The notes beneath the pieces are model-generated. The model was given only the letters and a program-made list of their open reading frames with translations. It did not search any database and was not told where the DNA came from. A stretch of DNA of 64,000 nt. Source: Alkalispirochaeta sp. Its GTDB lineage: Bacteria; Spirochaetota; Spirochaetia; DSM-27196; Alkalispirochaetaceae. Below, piece by piece: positions 49,682 through 60,084 of this stretch. The translations under genes were made by a program, and so were the position numbers. The stretch lies in assembly GCA_965601925.1 (NCBI GenBank), contig OZ271854.1, positions 1,824,001 to 1,888,000 on the forward strand. The letters are read 5' to 3'. Numbering within the stretch: position 1 is the stretch's first letter; every line of letters begins with the position of its first letter.

Positions 49682-50857
49682 TCAGGTGGACGTCTGCCGT
49701 TCGCGGAAGCGCTCAACCTCCCAGTTCCGTATGAAGTCGATCTGGTCCTCCGGCATGACCTTCACCCCACCGAAGCTCTCGGCGTAACACGCGATCTTCA
49801 GGGCATCTAGAAAGAGAAGACGAGCGACGGCGCTCTTTTTCGCCGTGGCGGCTATCGCAACCGCTCCCAACCCTTGGACGACGACCACCTTCGGCAACGC
49901 GCCTTCTCGCGAACGAAATCGCCCGATTTCCGCGATGACGGCGCGTGCGAGCACCGACGGACTCGACGCCACCTCCGGAGAGGAGACGAAACACGGCCTG
50001 TGTCCCGCGTAGACGATGTGATCCGGCGTAGGCGACGTCGCGATCGGCGCAAAGTCCTCGCGGGACGCGCTACGACGCTCCAGCTCCGGATTGAAAAACG
50101 CCGCCGCCGTCGGACTCGCCGAAGCGGTCCCGTACATCGACTCCACCTCTTGATACGCCGCGACCACCGCTTCTCCCAGGCGGCGAAGACGCGGCGTATC
50201 ACGCTCTTCCGGAGAGAGGTGCGCCTCACTGCGGATCGCGGCGGCAACGGTCTCGTACATGCGCCGGTTGACGTCGTGGACCGCTTGCGGCGTCTCCCCG
50301 GCGACCACGAGACCGTGGTTCTGCATTACCAGGGCGGTGGGCCACGCGCCTTCGTGAGACGCCTGCCACGCGCGAACGCGATCTCGTATCTCCATCGCCA
50401 GGGTGTAGCCGGGATTCACCGTGGGGATCCACACGGCGAACGTTCCGAACAGACGCTCGGTCTCCGCCTCGCCGGCGTTTGCGCAGGTTACTCCGTTTAT
50501 GACCGTCGGGTGGGTGTGGCAGACGATGCGATGGGGAAAGAGGGCGTGCATCAAGGTCTCCACACTGGGTCGAACGGTAGCCTCTCGGTCGGTCCGGCAG
50601 GCCATTAGATCGGCGAGAGCCTGTTCTTCACGTCGATCGGGATCGGCCGGGTAGGATTTTTCCCACAGAGCGTTTAGGGCGCGCCGGTCCATGGAGACGA
50701 ATCGGCTCTCGTCGATCCCCGCCAGTGTGGTGCCCGACGCCTTGATCCACATCGTCTCGCCGTCCTTGATGGACGTGTTGCCGCCCCCGGCGATTACCCA
50801 GTCGGTTCCCTCTCCGTAGCGACGCGAGATCTCAACGATCTCCTGTAGCGGCGTCAT
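49682..50857 (-). CDS. Class II aldolase, rhamnulose-1-phosphate aldolase-like (RhaE-type, no SDR domain)
   Basis: GGGNTSIK, IKASG, PSVETLMH, HTHP, QNHG and TPDH motifs; directly downstream of rhaA. Confidence 0.8.
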   Translation of the reverse strand: MTPLQEIVEISRRYGEGTDWVIAGGGNTSIKDGETMWIKASGTTLAGIDESRFVSMDRRALNALWEKSYPADPDRREEQALADLMACRTDREATVRPSVETLMHALFPHRIVCHTHPTVINGVTCANAGEAETERLFGTFAVWIPTVNPGYTLAMEIRDRVRAWQASHEGAWPTALVMQNHGLVVAGETPQAVHDVNRRMYETVAAAIRSEAHLSPEERDTPRLRRLGEAVVAAYQEVESMYGTASASPTAAAFFNPELERRSASREDFAPIATSPTPDHIVYAGHRPCFVSSPEVASSPSVLARAVIAEIGRFRSREGALPKVVVVQGLGAVAIAATAKKSAVARLLFLDALKIACYAESFGGVKVMPEDQIDFIRNWEVERFRERQTST

Positions 50858-50927
50858 GCGCCCCCCTCTCTCGATGTCGATTCGACCTCGACCGTTCGTG
50901 CCGTGTCCACTGCTTGCACCCGCGCGA

Positions 50928-52193
50928 TCAGTCTCGCTTACTCAGAACATCGCGCTCATACCGGCGTACCTCGGCGATCCACGCGGGTCCCGCGGGAACG
51001 TTGTGCGTTTCGCAAAACATGTCCCACACCGCGCCGAAGGGGAGCGTCTTCGCCTCTTCGTGAAGTGCCAGCCGCTCGGCGAGGTGCCCTGTGTTCTCCG
51101 CCGCCATCATCTTCGTCCTCGGTTCCAACAGGGCGTACAACGCCGCCTTCTGTGTGGAACGCGTTCCGATTACCCACGCGGCGACGCGGTTGATGCTGGC
51201 GTCGAAGAAGTCGAGGGCGAGATTCACGCGATTCCACGCCCCGGCGCGTTCAATTTCTACCATGATCGAGCGCGTCTCCTCGTCGAAGAGTACGACGTGA
51301 TCGCTGTCCCACCGCACCGGACGCGACACGTGGAGGAGCAACTCGTCGACAAAGGGCAGCAGAGCGCTGATCTTGTCGCTGATACGCTCGGTCGGGTGGT
51401 AGTGGCCGGCGTCCATGGTGAGTAACACACCCCGCGTCAGTGCGTAGGCGAGGTAGAACTCGTGCGACCCCACCACATAGCTCTCCGATCCGATACCGAA
51501 GAGCTTACTCTCTACCGCATCTCGCGTATGGGCGGGGTCGAGGCTCGTCTCGAAGACGCGGTCCAACGAGTCCACCAACAACGTGCGATGAGCCAGGCGA
51601 TCGGCGGGAAGATCTTTCGACCCGTCGGGTATCCAGAAATTGTTGAGCGACGGCGAACCTTGTGCGGCGCCCATCGCGGCGCTGATTGTACGGCAGCGCT
51701 TACCGTGTTCAATCCAGAACTCCCGTGTTCCTTCGTCACGGGCGGCCAGCGTGAAGCCCTTGTCGGCCTTCGGATGGGAAAAGAACGTCGGATTGAAGTC
51801 GAGGGCGATGCCGCGATCTCGCGCCCAATCGATCCACCGTTCAAAATGAACGACTTCGATCTCGTCGCGATCCACGCGTTTCCCACCCGTCTCCAGGTAC
51901 ATGGCGTGAAGGTTGAGGCGTCGGCGGCCGGGGATCAGGGTCGAGGCGAACTCGAAGTCGGCGCGTACCTCGTCGCCGTTGCGCGCTCGCCCCGGGTAGT
52001 TCCCGGTCGCAAGGATGCCGCCCCCGGTGATGCCCGCAGAACCCTCAAAGCCGGACACATCGTCGGCTTGCCAGCAGTTCATGCTGATCGGAATGTGGGC
52101 CATCGCGGCCAGTGCGCGATCCGTGTCGACGTCCAGTTGAGCGTATTGCTCGCGCGCGTCGTGGTATCTCCGGGTGATATCCGATCGCCCCAT
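50928..52193 (-). CDS. rhaA: L-rhamnose isomerase
   Basis: CWQADDV, TGNYPG, DAVESKLFGIGSE, GHYHPTE and SRPVRWDSDHV motifs; AAGGAG RBS. Confidence 0.96.
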   Translation of the reverse strand: MGRSDITRRYHDAREQYAQLDVDTDRALAAMAHIPISMNCWQADDVSGFEGSAGITGGGILATGNYPGRARNGDEVRADFEFASTLIPGRRRLNLHAMYLETGGKRVDRDEIEVVHFERWIDWARDRGIALDFNPTFFSHPKADKGFTLAARDEGTREFWIEHGKRCRTISAAMGAAQGSPSLNNFWIPDGSKDLPADRLAHRTLLVDSLDRVFETSLDPAHTRDAVESKLFGIGSESYVVGSHEFYLAYALTRGVLLTMDAGHYHPTERISDKISALLPFVDELLLHVSRPVRWDSDHVVLFDEETRSIMVEIERAGAWNRVNLALDFFDASINRVAAWVIGTRSTQKAALYALLEPRTKMMAAENTGHLAERLALHEEAKTLPFGAVWDMFCETHNVPAGPAWIAEVRRYERDVLSKRD

Positions 52194-52392
52194 GGAGTCT
52201 CTCCTTCCCATAAGTCCGGTGTGGTGCGCCGGGTCGCTTCACTCTCGATGCGACGATCACCCGTTCGATCGAACGGAAGTCGTCCGTCCTCGGAGGGCGG
52301 AACGGTGCTCCGTATCGGCTGTCGATTCCGCCCGCCCATGCGAGCCGTCTCGTCGTTGCGTCTAAGCCGCGCGCCGCGCCGCCGTCGACGAA

Positions 52393-52423
52393 CGAGGCAT
52401 CTCGAACCGGTCGAGATGCCTCG
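52393..52423 (-). terminator. Perfect 13-bp stem-loop just after the rhamnose binding-protein gene
   Basis: CGAGGCATCTCGA-ACCGG-TCGAGATGCCTCG; only a weak U-tract. Confidence 0.55.
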
Positions 52424-52437
52424 GGATCACCATCGAA

Positions 52438-53466
52438 TCAATAGACGGTCTTCCACTCGTCGATGTTATCCGGGTCGAACCGGAACGGTGCGCCGAGGAG
52501 GATCTCGGTGCCGCCGTCGCCCGCCTCTACCGTTCTGAAGGCGCCCAAGCGGCCGGCGGAGAACAGTTCGTCCACCTCACCGGTGATCTCCCCGTTCACC
52601 AACGCCGTGGCGGTGTACGCGGATAGGTACCCCACGTCGATCGGGTTCCACAGGAACATGTAGGGTGATGCGCCGTTCTCGATATACTCCGCCATTTCCG
52701 ACGGAAGTCCGAGACCCGTTACAAACACCTCGCCGATGAGCCCTCGGTCGGTAACGACCCGCCCTGCTGCGGCGATACCGACGGTCGTCGGGGCGATAAT
52801 CACCTCGAGATCGGGAAAGCTCTGCAGGAGCCCCTCGGTCTCGCTCACCGACTTGTCGCGGAGATCGTCTCCGTAGGCGATACGTACGAGATTGAGGTCG
52901 GCGTACCGATCGGGATTCTCCGCGAGTTCGGTCTGCATCCACTCGATCCACAGATTCTGGTTCGACGCTTGGCTGGTCGCCGAAAGAATCGCAATATCCC
53001 CGGCGCCGTCGGCCATCTCGTAGGCCGCCTGAATCAGGGTTCGCCCGATCATCTCCGAGTCAGCCTGGTTGACGTGAGTCATCCTGCTGTCGGGATTCAC
53101 CGCCGAGTCCGCCGAGATGACCACGATTCCGGCGTCCATCGCCCGATTCAGTACCGGCTCCAATGCGTCGAAGTCGTTGCCGGTGATGCTGATCGAGGTG
53201 ACGCGCTGGGCGATGAGTTGCTCGATGATCTGAATTTGCGCCTCCGCGGTGGGCTGGTCCGGGGCGCGGAGGATCGCTTCGAACCCCTGCTCTTCGATAC
53301 CCTCCCGGAAACCCTCCATCTGCTTTTCACCGTACGGATTGCCGGTGTTTTTGAAGATGAAGGCGTGGCGCGGCGTGCCGTCCTCTTGCGAACCGCCGGC
53401 GAAGACGACGCCCGTCGAGACGACTACCAGAACGATCATGAGCGCGAACAGAGAAATTCTTCTCAT
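52438..53466 (-). CDS. rhaS: Rhamnose ABC substrate-binding protein
   Basis: KNTGNPY, SNQNLW, YGDD, APTTVG, GLGLP and LWNP motifs; rha cluster context. Confidence 0.88.
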   Translation of the reverse strand: MRRISLFALMIVLVVVSTGVVFAGGSQEDGTPRHAFIFKNTGNPYGEKQMEGFREGIEEQGFEAILRAPDQPTAEAQIQIIEQLIAQRVTSISITGNDFDALEPVLNRAMDAGIVVISADSAVNPDSRMTHVNQADSEMIGRTLIQAAYEMADGAGDIAILSATSQASNQNLWIEWMQTELAENPDRYADLNLVRIAYGDDLRDKSVSETEGLLQSFPDLEVIIAPTTVGIAAAGRVVTDRGLIGEVFVTGLGLPSEMAEYIENGASPYMFLWNPIDVGYLSAYTATALVNGEITGEVDELFSAGRLGAFRTVEAGDGGTEILLGAPFRFDPDNIDEWKTVY

Positions 53467-53523
53467 GACTACCCTCCTTACTGTTTTTCCGGACCTTCGG
53501 TAGCAACGCTACACGGCCCTTTT

Positions 53524-54531
53524 TTACCCGTTTTTTCTCACCCCTTTGCTCTCTCCGCGGAACTTCATCGCCAGCACCGACGTGATGAGGAGCAAGCCGA
53601 TCACTACGAGCACGATCGGGGCCTGGAGATTCGCAAGGCCCATGCCGTAGCCGAGGTATCCGATAATCAGAATCGCCAAGAGTGGACCTGCGATCTTTCC
53701 GACCCCGCCGTTGGTGCTCACCCCACCCAGGGCGACCATGGTGATCACCTCCAGCTCGTAGCCCATCGCTACGTTGGGGCGGGTGCTTCCCATTCGGGAG
53801 GTGAGAAAGAGCGCCGTAACCCCCGCCATAAGGCCCGCAAGGGAGAAGACGACGACCGTTACGCGGTCGGTGTGCACCCCCGAGTATCGACACACCGTCT
53901 CGTTGTGCCCCATACCGTATACGGCCCGACCGAAGCTCGTCTTGTGAAGGAGCAAGCCGAATATGATCGCCGCAACGATAAATGTCACGACGATGAAGGG
54001 AACGCCGGCAACCGTTCCCCACCCGAGGAAGGAAAACCACTCGGGGAGTCCTCCGGCTGCGCGGTCGCCGAGGATGATGAAGGCGATACCTCGGTAGATG
54101 ATCATCGTAGAAAGGGTGACGATGACGAAGGAAAGCTCCTTGAAGGCGACCATCAACAGGCCGTTGATCGCTCCGCAGGTGGTTCCGATCACGAGGCACA
54201 ATAGGAGTGCCCACCCCATAGGGAGGCCGGCGTTGTAGGCCACCGCCATTACCACCGCCGAGAGCGCCACCGTCGAGCCTACCGAGATGTCGATCTTGCC
54301 GAGTATGATCACCAGTACCATCGGAAGCACGAGGAAGCCCTTATCCAGGAAGGTGGACGGCGTGGTGATGAAGGTGTGAACGGAGAGAAAAAAGGGCGAA
54401 ATGATCGAGTTGACCGCAATGACCGCCAGGAGGATCGCCACGAGGAGCCACTCCCACTGAAGGAAAAACTCCCGTCCCAGGCGTTCTTTGTGGATTCCGA
54501 TGCCGATCTCCGATCCATTCCGATTCATCAT
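53524..54531 (-). CDS. Sugar ABC permease (RhaQ-like)
   Basis: GKIDISVG, SFVIVTL and YELEVITMVALGGVS motifs. Confidence 0.9.
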   Translation of the reverse strand: MMNRNGSEIGIGIHKERLGREFFLQWEWLLVAILLAVIAVNSIISPFFLSVHTFITTPSTFLDKGFLVLPMVLVIILGKIDISVGSTVALSAVVMAVAYNAGLPMGWALLLCLVIGTTCGAINGLLMVAFKELSFVIVTLSTMIIYRGIAFIILGDRAAGGLPEWFSFLGWGTVAGVPFIVVTFIVAAIIFGLLLHKTSFGRAVYGMGHNETVCRYSGVHTDRVTVVVFSLAGLMAGVTALFLTSRMGSTRPNVAMGYELEVITMVALGGVSTNGGVGKIAGPLLAILIIGYLGYGMGLANLQAPIVLVVIGLLLITSVLAMKFRGESKGVRKNG

Positions 54532-54564
54532 GCCCACCGTCCTTTTCCCGTTGTGTAATCCACG

Positions 54565-55554
54565 TTATATCCCCCGGCGGAGAAGGGCTCGACGCTCCGT
54601 TGCACGCTGTACCCATACGTTGGTGACGACCGCCGTCAGTACGGTCACTCCCTGGATTCCCATCTGCCAGAAAGGCGATACATTTATAAGGGGGAGGGCG
54701 TTATTCAGAATGCCCAGAAGAACCGTCCCCAGAATGAGGCCCGAGAGCTTTCCCACACCCCCCGATATGCTTACCCCGCCCAAGATGCACGCCGCGATCA
54801 CCTGAAGCTCGAAGCCGATCGCCGTGTTGCCCTGCGCCGAGGCGAACCTGGCGACCCACAGCACCCCGGCGAGTCCGGCGAGCCCGCCCATGAGGGTGTA
54901 TACCAGGAGGGTGAGACTTCGACGCGGAATGCCGGAAATCGAGGCCGCTTGCGGGCTTGAGCCGATCGCGTAAATTCTCCGCCCGGTGCGTGTGTGGTTG
55001 AGGAAGTAGAACGCCGAAGCGTAGACGACCGCGGCGATAACGACGAGGTTGTTGACTCCGATGAGACGTCCCGTGGCGATCGCCTTGAACTCATCGGACA
55101 TCTGATAGGAGCTGACCCATTGGCCGCCGGAGACGACATAGGTGAAGCCCCGCACCACATTCATCATTCCCAGAGTCGCGATAATGGGCAGTATGTCGAA
55201 GCGCGCCACGAGGAGGCCGATGACGGCACCGACCACCGCGCCGATGGCCGTCCCCTGCATCAATGCGACGATGGGGTGCATAGTGGGAAAGCGCACCACC
55301 GTGAGCGCCGTCACCATGCCGGAGAAGGCGATCGTCGCCCCGATAGACAGGTCTATGCCGCGGGTAATGAGGACCATCATCATACCGACCGCGAGAATTG
55401 CGAGGATCGACGTGTTGGTAAGCAGTGCCGAGATGTTGGTCGCCGTCAAGAATGCCGGATTGCGCGCCTGAATCGCCGCGGCGAGGACGACGATGAACAG
55501 TGCCAGCCCCAGATCCCGAAGGCGGCCGTTTGTGAAGGATCGTCGCGCACTCAT
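54565..55554 (-). CDS. Sugar ABC permease (RhaP-like)
   Basis: RGIDLSIG, PIIATLG and FELQVIAACILGGVS motifs. Confidence 0.9.
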   Translation of the reverse strand: MSARRSFTNGRLRDLGLALFIVVLAAAIQARNPAFLTATNISALLTNTSILAILAVGMMMVLITRGIDLSIGATIAFSGMVTALTVVRFPTMHPIVALMQGTAIGAVVGAVIGLLVARFDILPIIATLGMMNVVRGFTYVVSGGQWVSSYQMSDEFKAIATGRLIGVNNLVVIAAVVYASAFYFLNHTRTGRRIYAIGSSPQAASISGIPRRSLTLLVYTLMGGLAGLAGVLWVARFASAQGNTAIGFELQVIAACILGGVSISGGVGKLSGLILGTVLLGILNNALPLINVSPFWQMGIQGVTVLTAVVTNVWVQRATERRALLRRGI

Positions 55555-57128
55555 GGACGAGTCTCCGCGTGTGTCCCGACCGCGGCGTCCGCCATCGCCG
55601 CCTCGAGAATGAGCTCCTGCGTCGCCGCAGTCGTATCGAGCATTTGGGTGACGCGGCCGCCTCGCATGACGACGATGCGGTCGCTGAGACTCAGCACCTC
55701 AGGCATCTCCGAGGAGACCAGGATGATCCCGTAGCCGCGTTCGGCCAAGTCGCCGATGATCTCGTAGATCGCCGCCTTCGCCGCGACGTCGACTCCTTTT
55801 GTGGGCTCGTCGAGGATGATCACTTTCAGGGGGCGTCCCAGGATCTTCGCGACGACTACTTTTTGTTGATTGCCCCCCGACAGTGCGCCGACGCGTGTGA
55901 AGATGGTGCGCGCCTTGACGCGAAGCCGCGCGGCCAGTTCTCCCGCCGTCTTTTGCGCGCCCTTCTCGTCGACCCACATAAAGCGGGCGATCTCCCGTAG
56001 CGCGGGCAGGGTGATGTTCTTTTCGATATCCCACTCCAGCACGAGTCCTTGGAGCTGCCGGTCTTCCGGTAACAGACCGATGCCGGCATCCAGTGCGTCG
56101 ATCGGGCGACGAACGGCGACCTCCCGTCCGGCGACGAGTATTCGTCCGCCGTCGGCGGGATGAACGCCGAAGATCGACTCACACACCTCCGTTCTACCGG
56201 CGCCGACCAGGCCCGTGAGTGCGACGATCTCTCCCCGTCGAACGGAGAGCGAAACGTCGCGGAAGTATCCGGTACGAGAGAGATGCTCGACCTTGAGTAC
56301 CTCCTCGCCTATGTGAACCTCCCGTTTGGGAAACATCTCCGAGATTTCGCGCCCTACCATCGCCATAATCAGCGTATCCTTGGACAGTCCGTCGGCGGCC
56401 CACGTATCGATGTATTGTCCGTCGCGAAAGACCGTCACACGGTCGGCGAGGCGGTCGATGTCCTCCATACGGTGGGAGATGAATATGACGGAGACCCCTC
56501 GACGGGCGAGGGCGACGGTAATGCGATAGAGTTCTTCGCTCTCGTGCTTGGTGAGCGCCGCGGTCGGTTCATCCATAATGACGATCTTGGCGCGCATGGA
56601 CAGCGCCTTGGCGATCTCCACGATCTGTTGTCGGGCGACCGAAAGATCACCCATCCGTTCCGACGAGGATATCTCCGAGGTAAGTTGATCGAGGAGCTCC
56701 TGCGCCTCTCGATGCATCGTCCTCCAGTCTATGCGGCGGCTTACACCGGTGGTGCGCTCGTGACCGACGAAGATGTTCTCCGCCACCGAGAGGTCGGGAT
56801 AACACGTAACGTGTTGATAAATCGCGGCAACTCCCAGGCGCTGCGCCTCCCTGGGATTATGGAAGGTTACCTCTTGCCCCTCTATGAGGATCCTCCCCGT
56901 GTCCGGGGCGTGGACTCCGGTAATGACTTTGATAAACGTCGACTTACCGGCGCCGTTTTCGCCCATGAGACCGTGGATCTCCCCGGGGCGCAGATTGAAG
57001 TGGACGTTTGAGAGGGCCTTGACCCCGGGAAACGATTTGGAAATGTGGTCAAGCTCAAGGATATACTCTCTCACCGATTCCGCTCCTGCCGTTCCGTTTC
57101 TCCACCGACTCGTTCTCTCACCGTTCAA
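55551..57128 (-). CDS. Sugar ABC ATPase with two NBDs (rhamnose)
   Basis: GENGAGKST, MDEPT, LSGGNQQK and DEPTKGVDV motifs. Confidence 0.93.
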   Translation of the reverse strand: MNGERTSRWRNGTAGAESVREYILELDHISKSFPGVKALSNVHFNLRPGEIHGLMGENGAGKSTFIKVITGVHAPDTGRILIEGQEVTFHNPREAQRLGVAAIYQHVTCYPDLSVAENIFVGHERTTGVSRRIDWRTMHREAQELLDQLTSEISSSERMGDLSVARQQIVEIAKALSMRAKIVIMDEPTAALTKHESEELYRITVALARRGVSVIFISHRMEDIDRLADRVTVFRDGQYIDTWAADGLSKDTLIMAMVGREISEMFPKREVHIGEEVLKVEHLSRTGYFRDVSLSVRRGEIVALTGLVGAGRTEVCESIFGVHPADGGRILVAGREVAVRRPIDALDAGIGLLPEDRQLQGLVLEWDIEKNITLPALREIARFMWVDEKGAQKTAGELAARLRVKARTIFTRVGALSGGNQQKVVVAKILGRPLKVIILDEPTKGVDVAAKAAIYEIIGDLAERGYGIILVSSEMPEVLSLSDRIVVMRGGRVTQMLDTTAATQELILEAAMADAAVGTHAETRP

Positions 57129-57439
57129 TCCATATAGAACATCTCACGGAGTTCGTGTACCACCGGTGAGTCGTCATCGTTCGTCTCCATGATGTCCGCC
57201 ATGTATCGCCACCACCGCCGCACGATCTCCTTTTCCGCGAGCGAGCCGGCGTTATTGTGTTCGGTGAGCTTCCAGCTCGCGTAAAGCGTATCGGTACGCG
57301 AGTCGAGATAAATCACGTAGTCCCGCACACCCGCCGATTCCAGTTGCATCACGAGTTCCGGCCAAATCTCATCGTGGCGCCGCTTGTATTCCTGTACGTT
57401 GCCGGGCGTAAGCTGCATGGCGAATCCTGCGCGTTTCAC
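57125..57439 (-). CDS. rhaM: L-rhamnose mutarotase
   Basis: EYKRRHDEIWPE and RWWRYMADIM motifs. Confidence 0.95.
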   Translation of the reverse strand: MKRAGFAMQLTPGNVQEYKRRHDEIWPELVMQLESAGVRDYVIYLDSRTDTLYASWKLTEHNNAGSLAEKEIVRRWWRYMADIMETNDDDSPVVHELREMFYMD

Positions 57440-58887
57440 GACGTCTCACCTCCCATACGGCATACCGTCTCTACCTTTATGCCCGTCAGCCGTCCGAACT
57501 TCTCGATTCTCGACGCGACGTGACCGACGCCGATTGCGCAGTGGTGGGACGGGCCGAATCGCGACCACCGTTCGACGAAATCGCGTGCGGAGACGGGAAA
57601 ACGGTAGCGACTGTTGGTATTGCCGATGTGAAGGACCGCTCCGGCGACGCTCTCGCCCTCGGCGACCAGTAGATACACGCCCGTTGCGTCTTCGCACACC
57701 GACAGGAGCGTCACCGGACCGCGACGCACCGTCATCTGAATCGAGAGTCCCTTACCGGGTTTACCGTGATAGACCGGAAGTGGAACGAGTCCCACACGCC
57801 CCTCTGCGATTGCGAAGTGAGCGGGGCCGTCATGGCCGAGCAACACCACATCGTCATCGAAGTCCATCGCGTAGAACTCGGAGAATGAGCCGCCGGCACC
57901 GAAACTGTCCATGATCTTCATCGCCTGGGCGTTTTTGATCTCGCACTCCCCGGCCACCGGAACACCGTTCCCGGTGAGGAGCGTGTTTCCGGCGATGATT
58001 GAGGTGACGATGTCCTCGTGGAGCGAACCCGGCGTCCCCTCGTAATAGTACGCGAGCGATCCGAGGCGATGCTTGGCCGCCAGCGTATCGAGGGCTACGG
58101 AGGTGCGAGCGGCCCGTTCCAACTCGTCCGACGCACATTCCGGTGACACGTCGAAGGCCTCCCGGAACTCGGCGATTTTCTCACCGACCTCGTCATCCCC
58201 CACGTCGGAGCGGATCTGGGCCAACTCATCCATTTCGATGAGATCTGCGTGTCCGCCGAAGTGCGCTACCTGCTTGGTGATGTCGGTGTACACATCGAGC
58301 ATTCCGGCGTAGTAGTGGCCCATAATGCCCAGACGGTTCCCTCTCATGGTGTGTACGACCTTCGCCGCCTCTATCCACTCCCGGATCGCCGTGTTCGTGT
58401 AGCCCTCCCCGAGGTAGCCGGTGACGAGGTGGTAGTCGATCCCGGCGCGCCGAAACACGCTCGCTATTTCCGGCACGCAACACGCCTGGCAGTGCGCCAG
58501 CCACTCCCCGGTCATCGTGCCGCGGTCACCCATGGCATTGAACGCCTCGTAGTCGATCGATGAGGTGGGCTGAATGTTGAGGACCACGATCGGAACCTTT
58601 ACTTCTTGGGCCACGACAAGAACGGTCGAGGAGAGCGCATAGGTGGAGATATACAAAAATATGATCTCGACTTGCTGTTGACGAAATAGGGAGATGACGG
58701 ATCTGGAACGTTCCGGGCTGTCCACCAACCCTGCATCCACCACCTCCACACCGTCCATTGCAGTCATTATCGTGACAATTTGGTCCTGATATCCCTCGAG
58801 ACGCACTCGCAGGCCCGGAAACTGGGGCCAATACGTATCGAGACCGATCCCGAATATCCCGACTTTTAGCGCTTCTCCCGCGTGCAT
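57436..58887 (-). CDS. L-fucose/L-arabinose isomerase-family protein
   Basis: GLDTYWPQF, YAGMLD, AGECE, FSEF, GHDGP and GPSHH motifs. Confidence 0.82.
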   Translation of the reverse strand: MHAGEALKVGIFGIGLDTYWPQFPGLRVRLEGYQDQIVTIMTAMDGVEVVDAGLVDSPERSRSVISLFRQQQVEIIFLYISTYALSSTVLVVAQEVKVPIVVLNIQPTSSIDYEAFNAMGDRGTMTGEWLAHCQACCVPEIASVFRRAGIDYHLVTGYLGEGYTNTAIREWIEAAKVVHTMRGNRLGIMGHYYAGMLDVYTDITKQVAHFGGHADLIEMDELAQIRSDVGDDEVGEKIAEFREAFDVSPECASDELERAARTSVALDTLAAKHRLGSLAYYYEGTPGSLHEDIVTSIIAGNTLLTGNGVPVAGECEIKNAQAMKIMDSFGAGGSFSEFYAMDFDDDVVLLGHDGPAHFAIAEGRVGLVPLPVYHGKPGKGLSIQMTVRRGPVTLLSVCEDATGVYLLVAEGESVAGAVLHIGNTNSRYRFPVSARDFVERWSRFGPSHHCAIGVGHVASRIEKFGRLTGIKVETVCRMGGETS

Positions 58888-58957
58888 ATATCCACGCTAA
58901 CCCGGGTTTGCCCTGCGGCAAATGGACAAAATCACGGTAGTGATATACTTTTTTTGT

Positions 58958-59863
58958 GTGGCGTACCACGACACGAGGTTTTCCCGGTATCTTCCGGTCA
59001 ACTCGGAGGCGTTGCGGTGGGAGATCTACTGTAACGACGCGGGGTACGCCCACGTCCCTCCCGGCGTGGATTACCCCCTTGTTCCCGAGGATCACCCCCG
59101 CGAGTATGCCGAAACCGTCGTAACCGGGCGCGTTCTTAACGAGTTTCAGGTCGTGTACATCACCGCCGGCGGCGGATCGTTTGAAGCCGAAGGCGTCGGG
59201 CGTCGGAGGGTTTCCGCGGGGGATATGTTTATGCTCTTTCCCGGGGTACGGCACGCCTACCGGCCCTTTCGGGAGACCGGTTGGTACGAGTACTGGGTCG
59301 GGTTCGCGGGAGAGCACGCTCACAGGTTACGGCGCCACGGTCTGTTCAGCCCCGTTAACGCAATCCATACCGTCGGAATCAACCGGGAGATCATCGCCGA
59401 TTACGAACAGATCGTACGCCTTTGCCGCCGGCAGACCCCGGGCTTTCAGGTGCTCCTGGGAGCCTTGGTACTCCAGCTTCTCGCTCACATCCACGCCATC
59501 GAATCGCAGTCCGGAACCGGCGCCGGAGACAGCGAGCTCGTCTCGAGCTCGCGAGCGGTGATGCAGCAGCACCTTGACGAGGGAATCGAGATCGAGGACA
59601 TCGCCGCGAGAATCGGAGTGAGCTATACGCGACTCTTGTCGATCTTTCGTAAGTATACCGGTCTCACGCCCTACCAGTACTTCTTGCAACTCAGGATACG
59701 GCGAGCCAAAGAGCTCCTCCAGATTCCGGGAGTCTCGATCAAAGAGGTTGCGGCTCGAATGAACTTTGAGAATCAGTACTACTTTTCGCGCCTCTTTCGT
59801 CGCAAGACCGGCGTGACTCCGTCGCAGTGGCGGGCCGGCCACACCGGTGGGGCCGGCGCGTAG
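58958..59863 (+). CDS. AraC-family regulator divergent from the rha cluster
   Basis: Cupin domain (FPGVRHAY, EYWVGF) and double HTH (FENQYYFSRLFRRKTGVTP). Start set at GTG 58958 after TG-n-TATACT; ATG 58922 is an alternative. Confidence 0.9.
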   Translation: MAYHDTRFSRYLPVNSEALRWEIYCNDAGYAHVPPGVDYPLVPEDHPREYAETVVTGRVLNEFQVVYITAGGGSFEAEGVGRRRVSAGDMFMLFPGVRHAYRPFRETGWYEYWVGFAGEHAHRLRRHGLFSPVNAIHTVGINREIIADYEQIVRLCRRQTPGFQVLLGALVLQLLAHIHAIESQSGTGAGDSELVSSSRAVMQQHLDEGIEIEDIAARIGVSYTRLLSIFRKYTGLTPYQYFLQLRIRRAKELLQIPGVSIKEVAARMNFENQYYFSRLFRRKTGVTPSQWRAGHTGGAGA

Positions 59864-60084
59864 TCTCGCACCGCCGCCGTACACCGGGCACGACGTCATC
59901 TTGATGGATATCCCGGATGACGAGTTTCGCGCTCTGCGGGGGCACGGCTGAAGCGCGTCGTTACTCGCGGTGTGGTCCGAAAGGGGCGCCGCGCGGTGCT
60001 CTCATAGCGGCGCGCCGTTACCATCCCACCCGCCGGCGCCGGCGTATTCTCCGCCGACACCGCGATTGCTTCGCGTTATGCGGA

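Noticed and set aside
59965..60065. Multibranch fold closed by TCGCGGTGT/ACACCGCGA between araC and aspS
   Set aside because: 9-bp GC-rich stems arise easily by chance here; a bidirectional terminator region is the simpler explanation.
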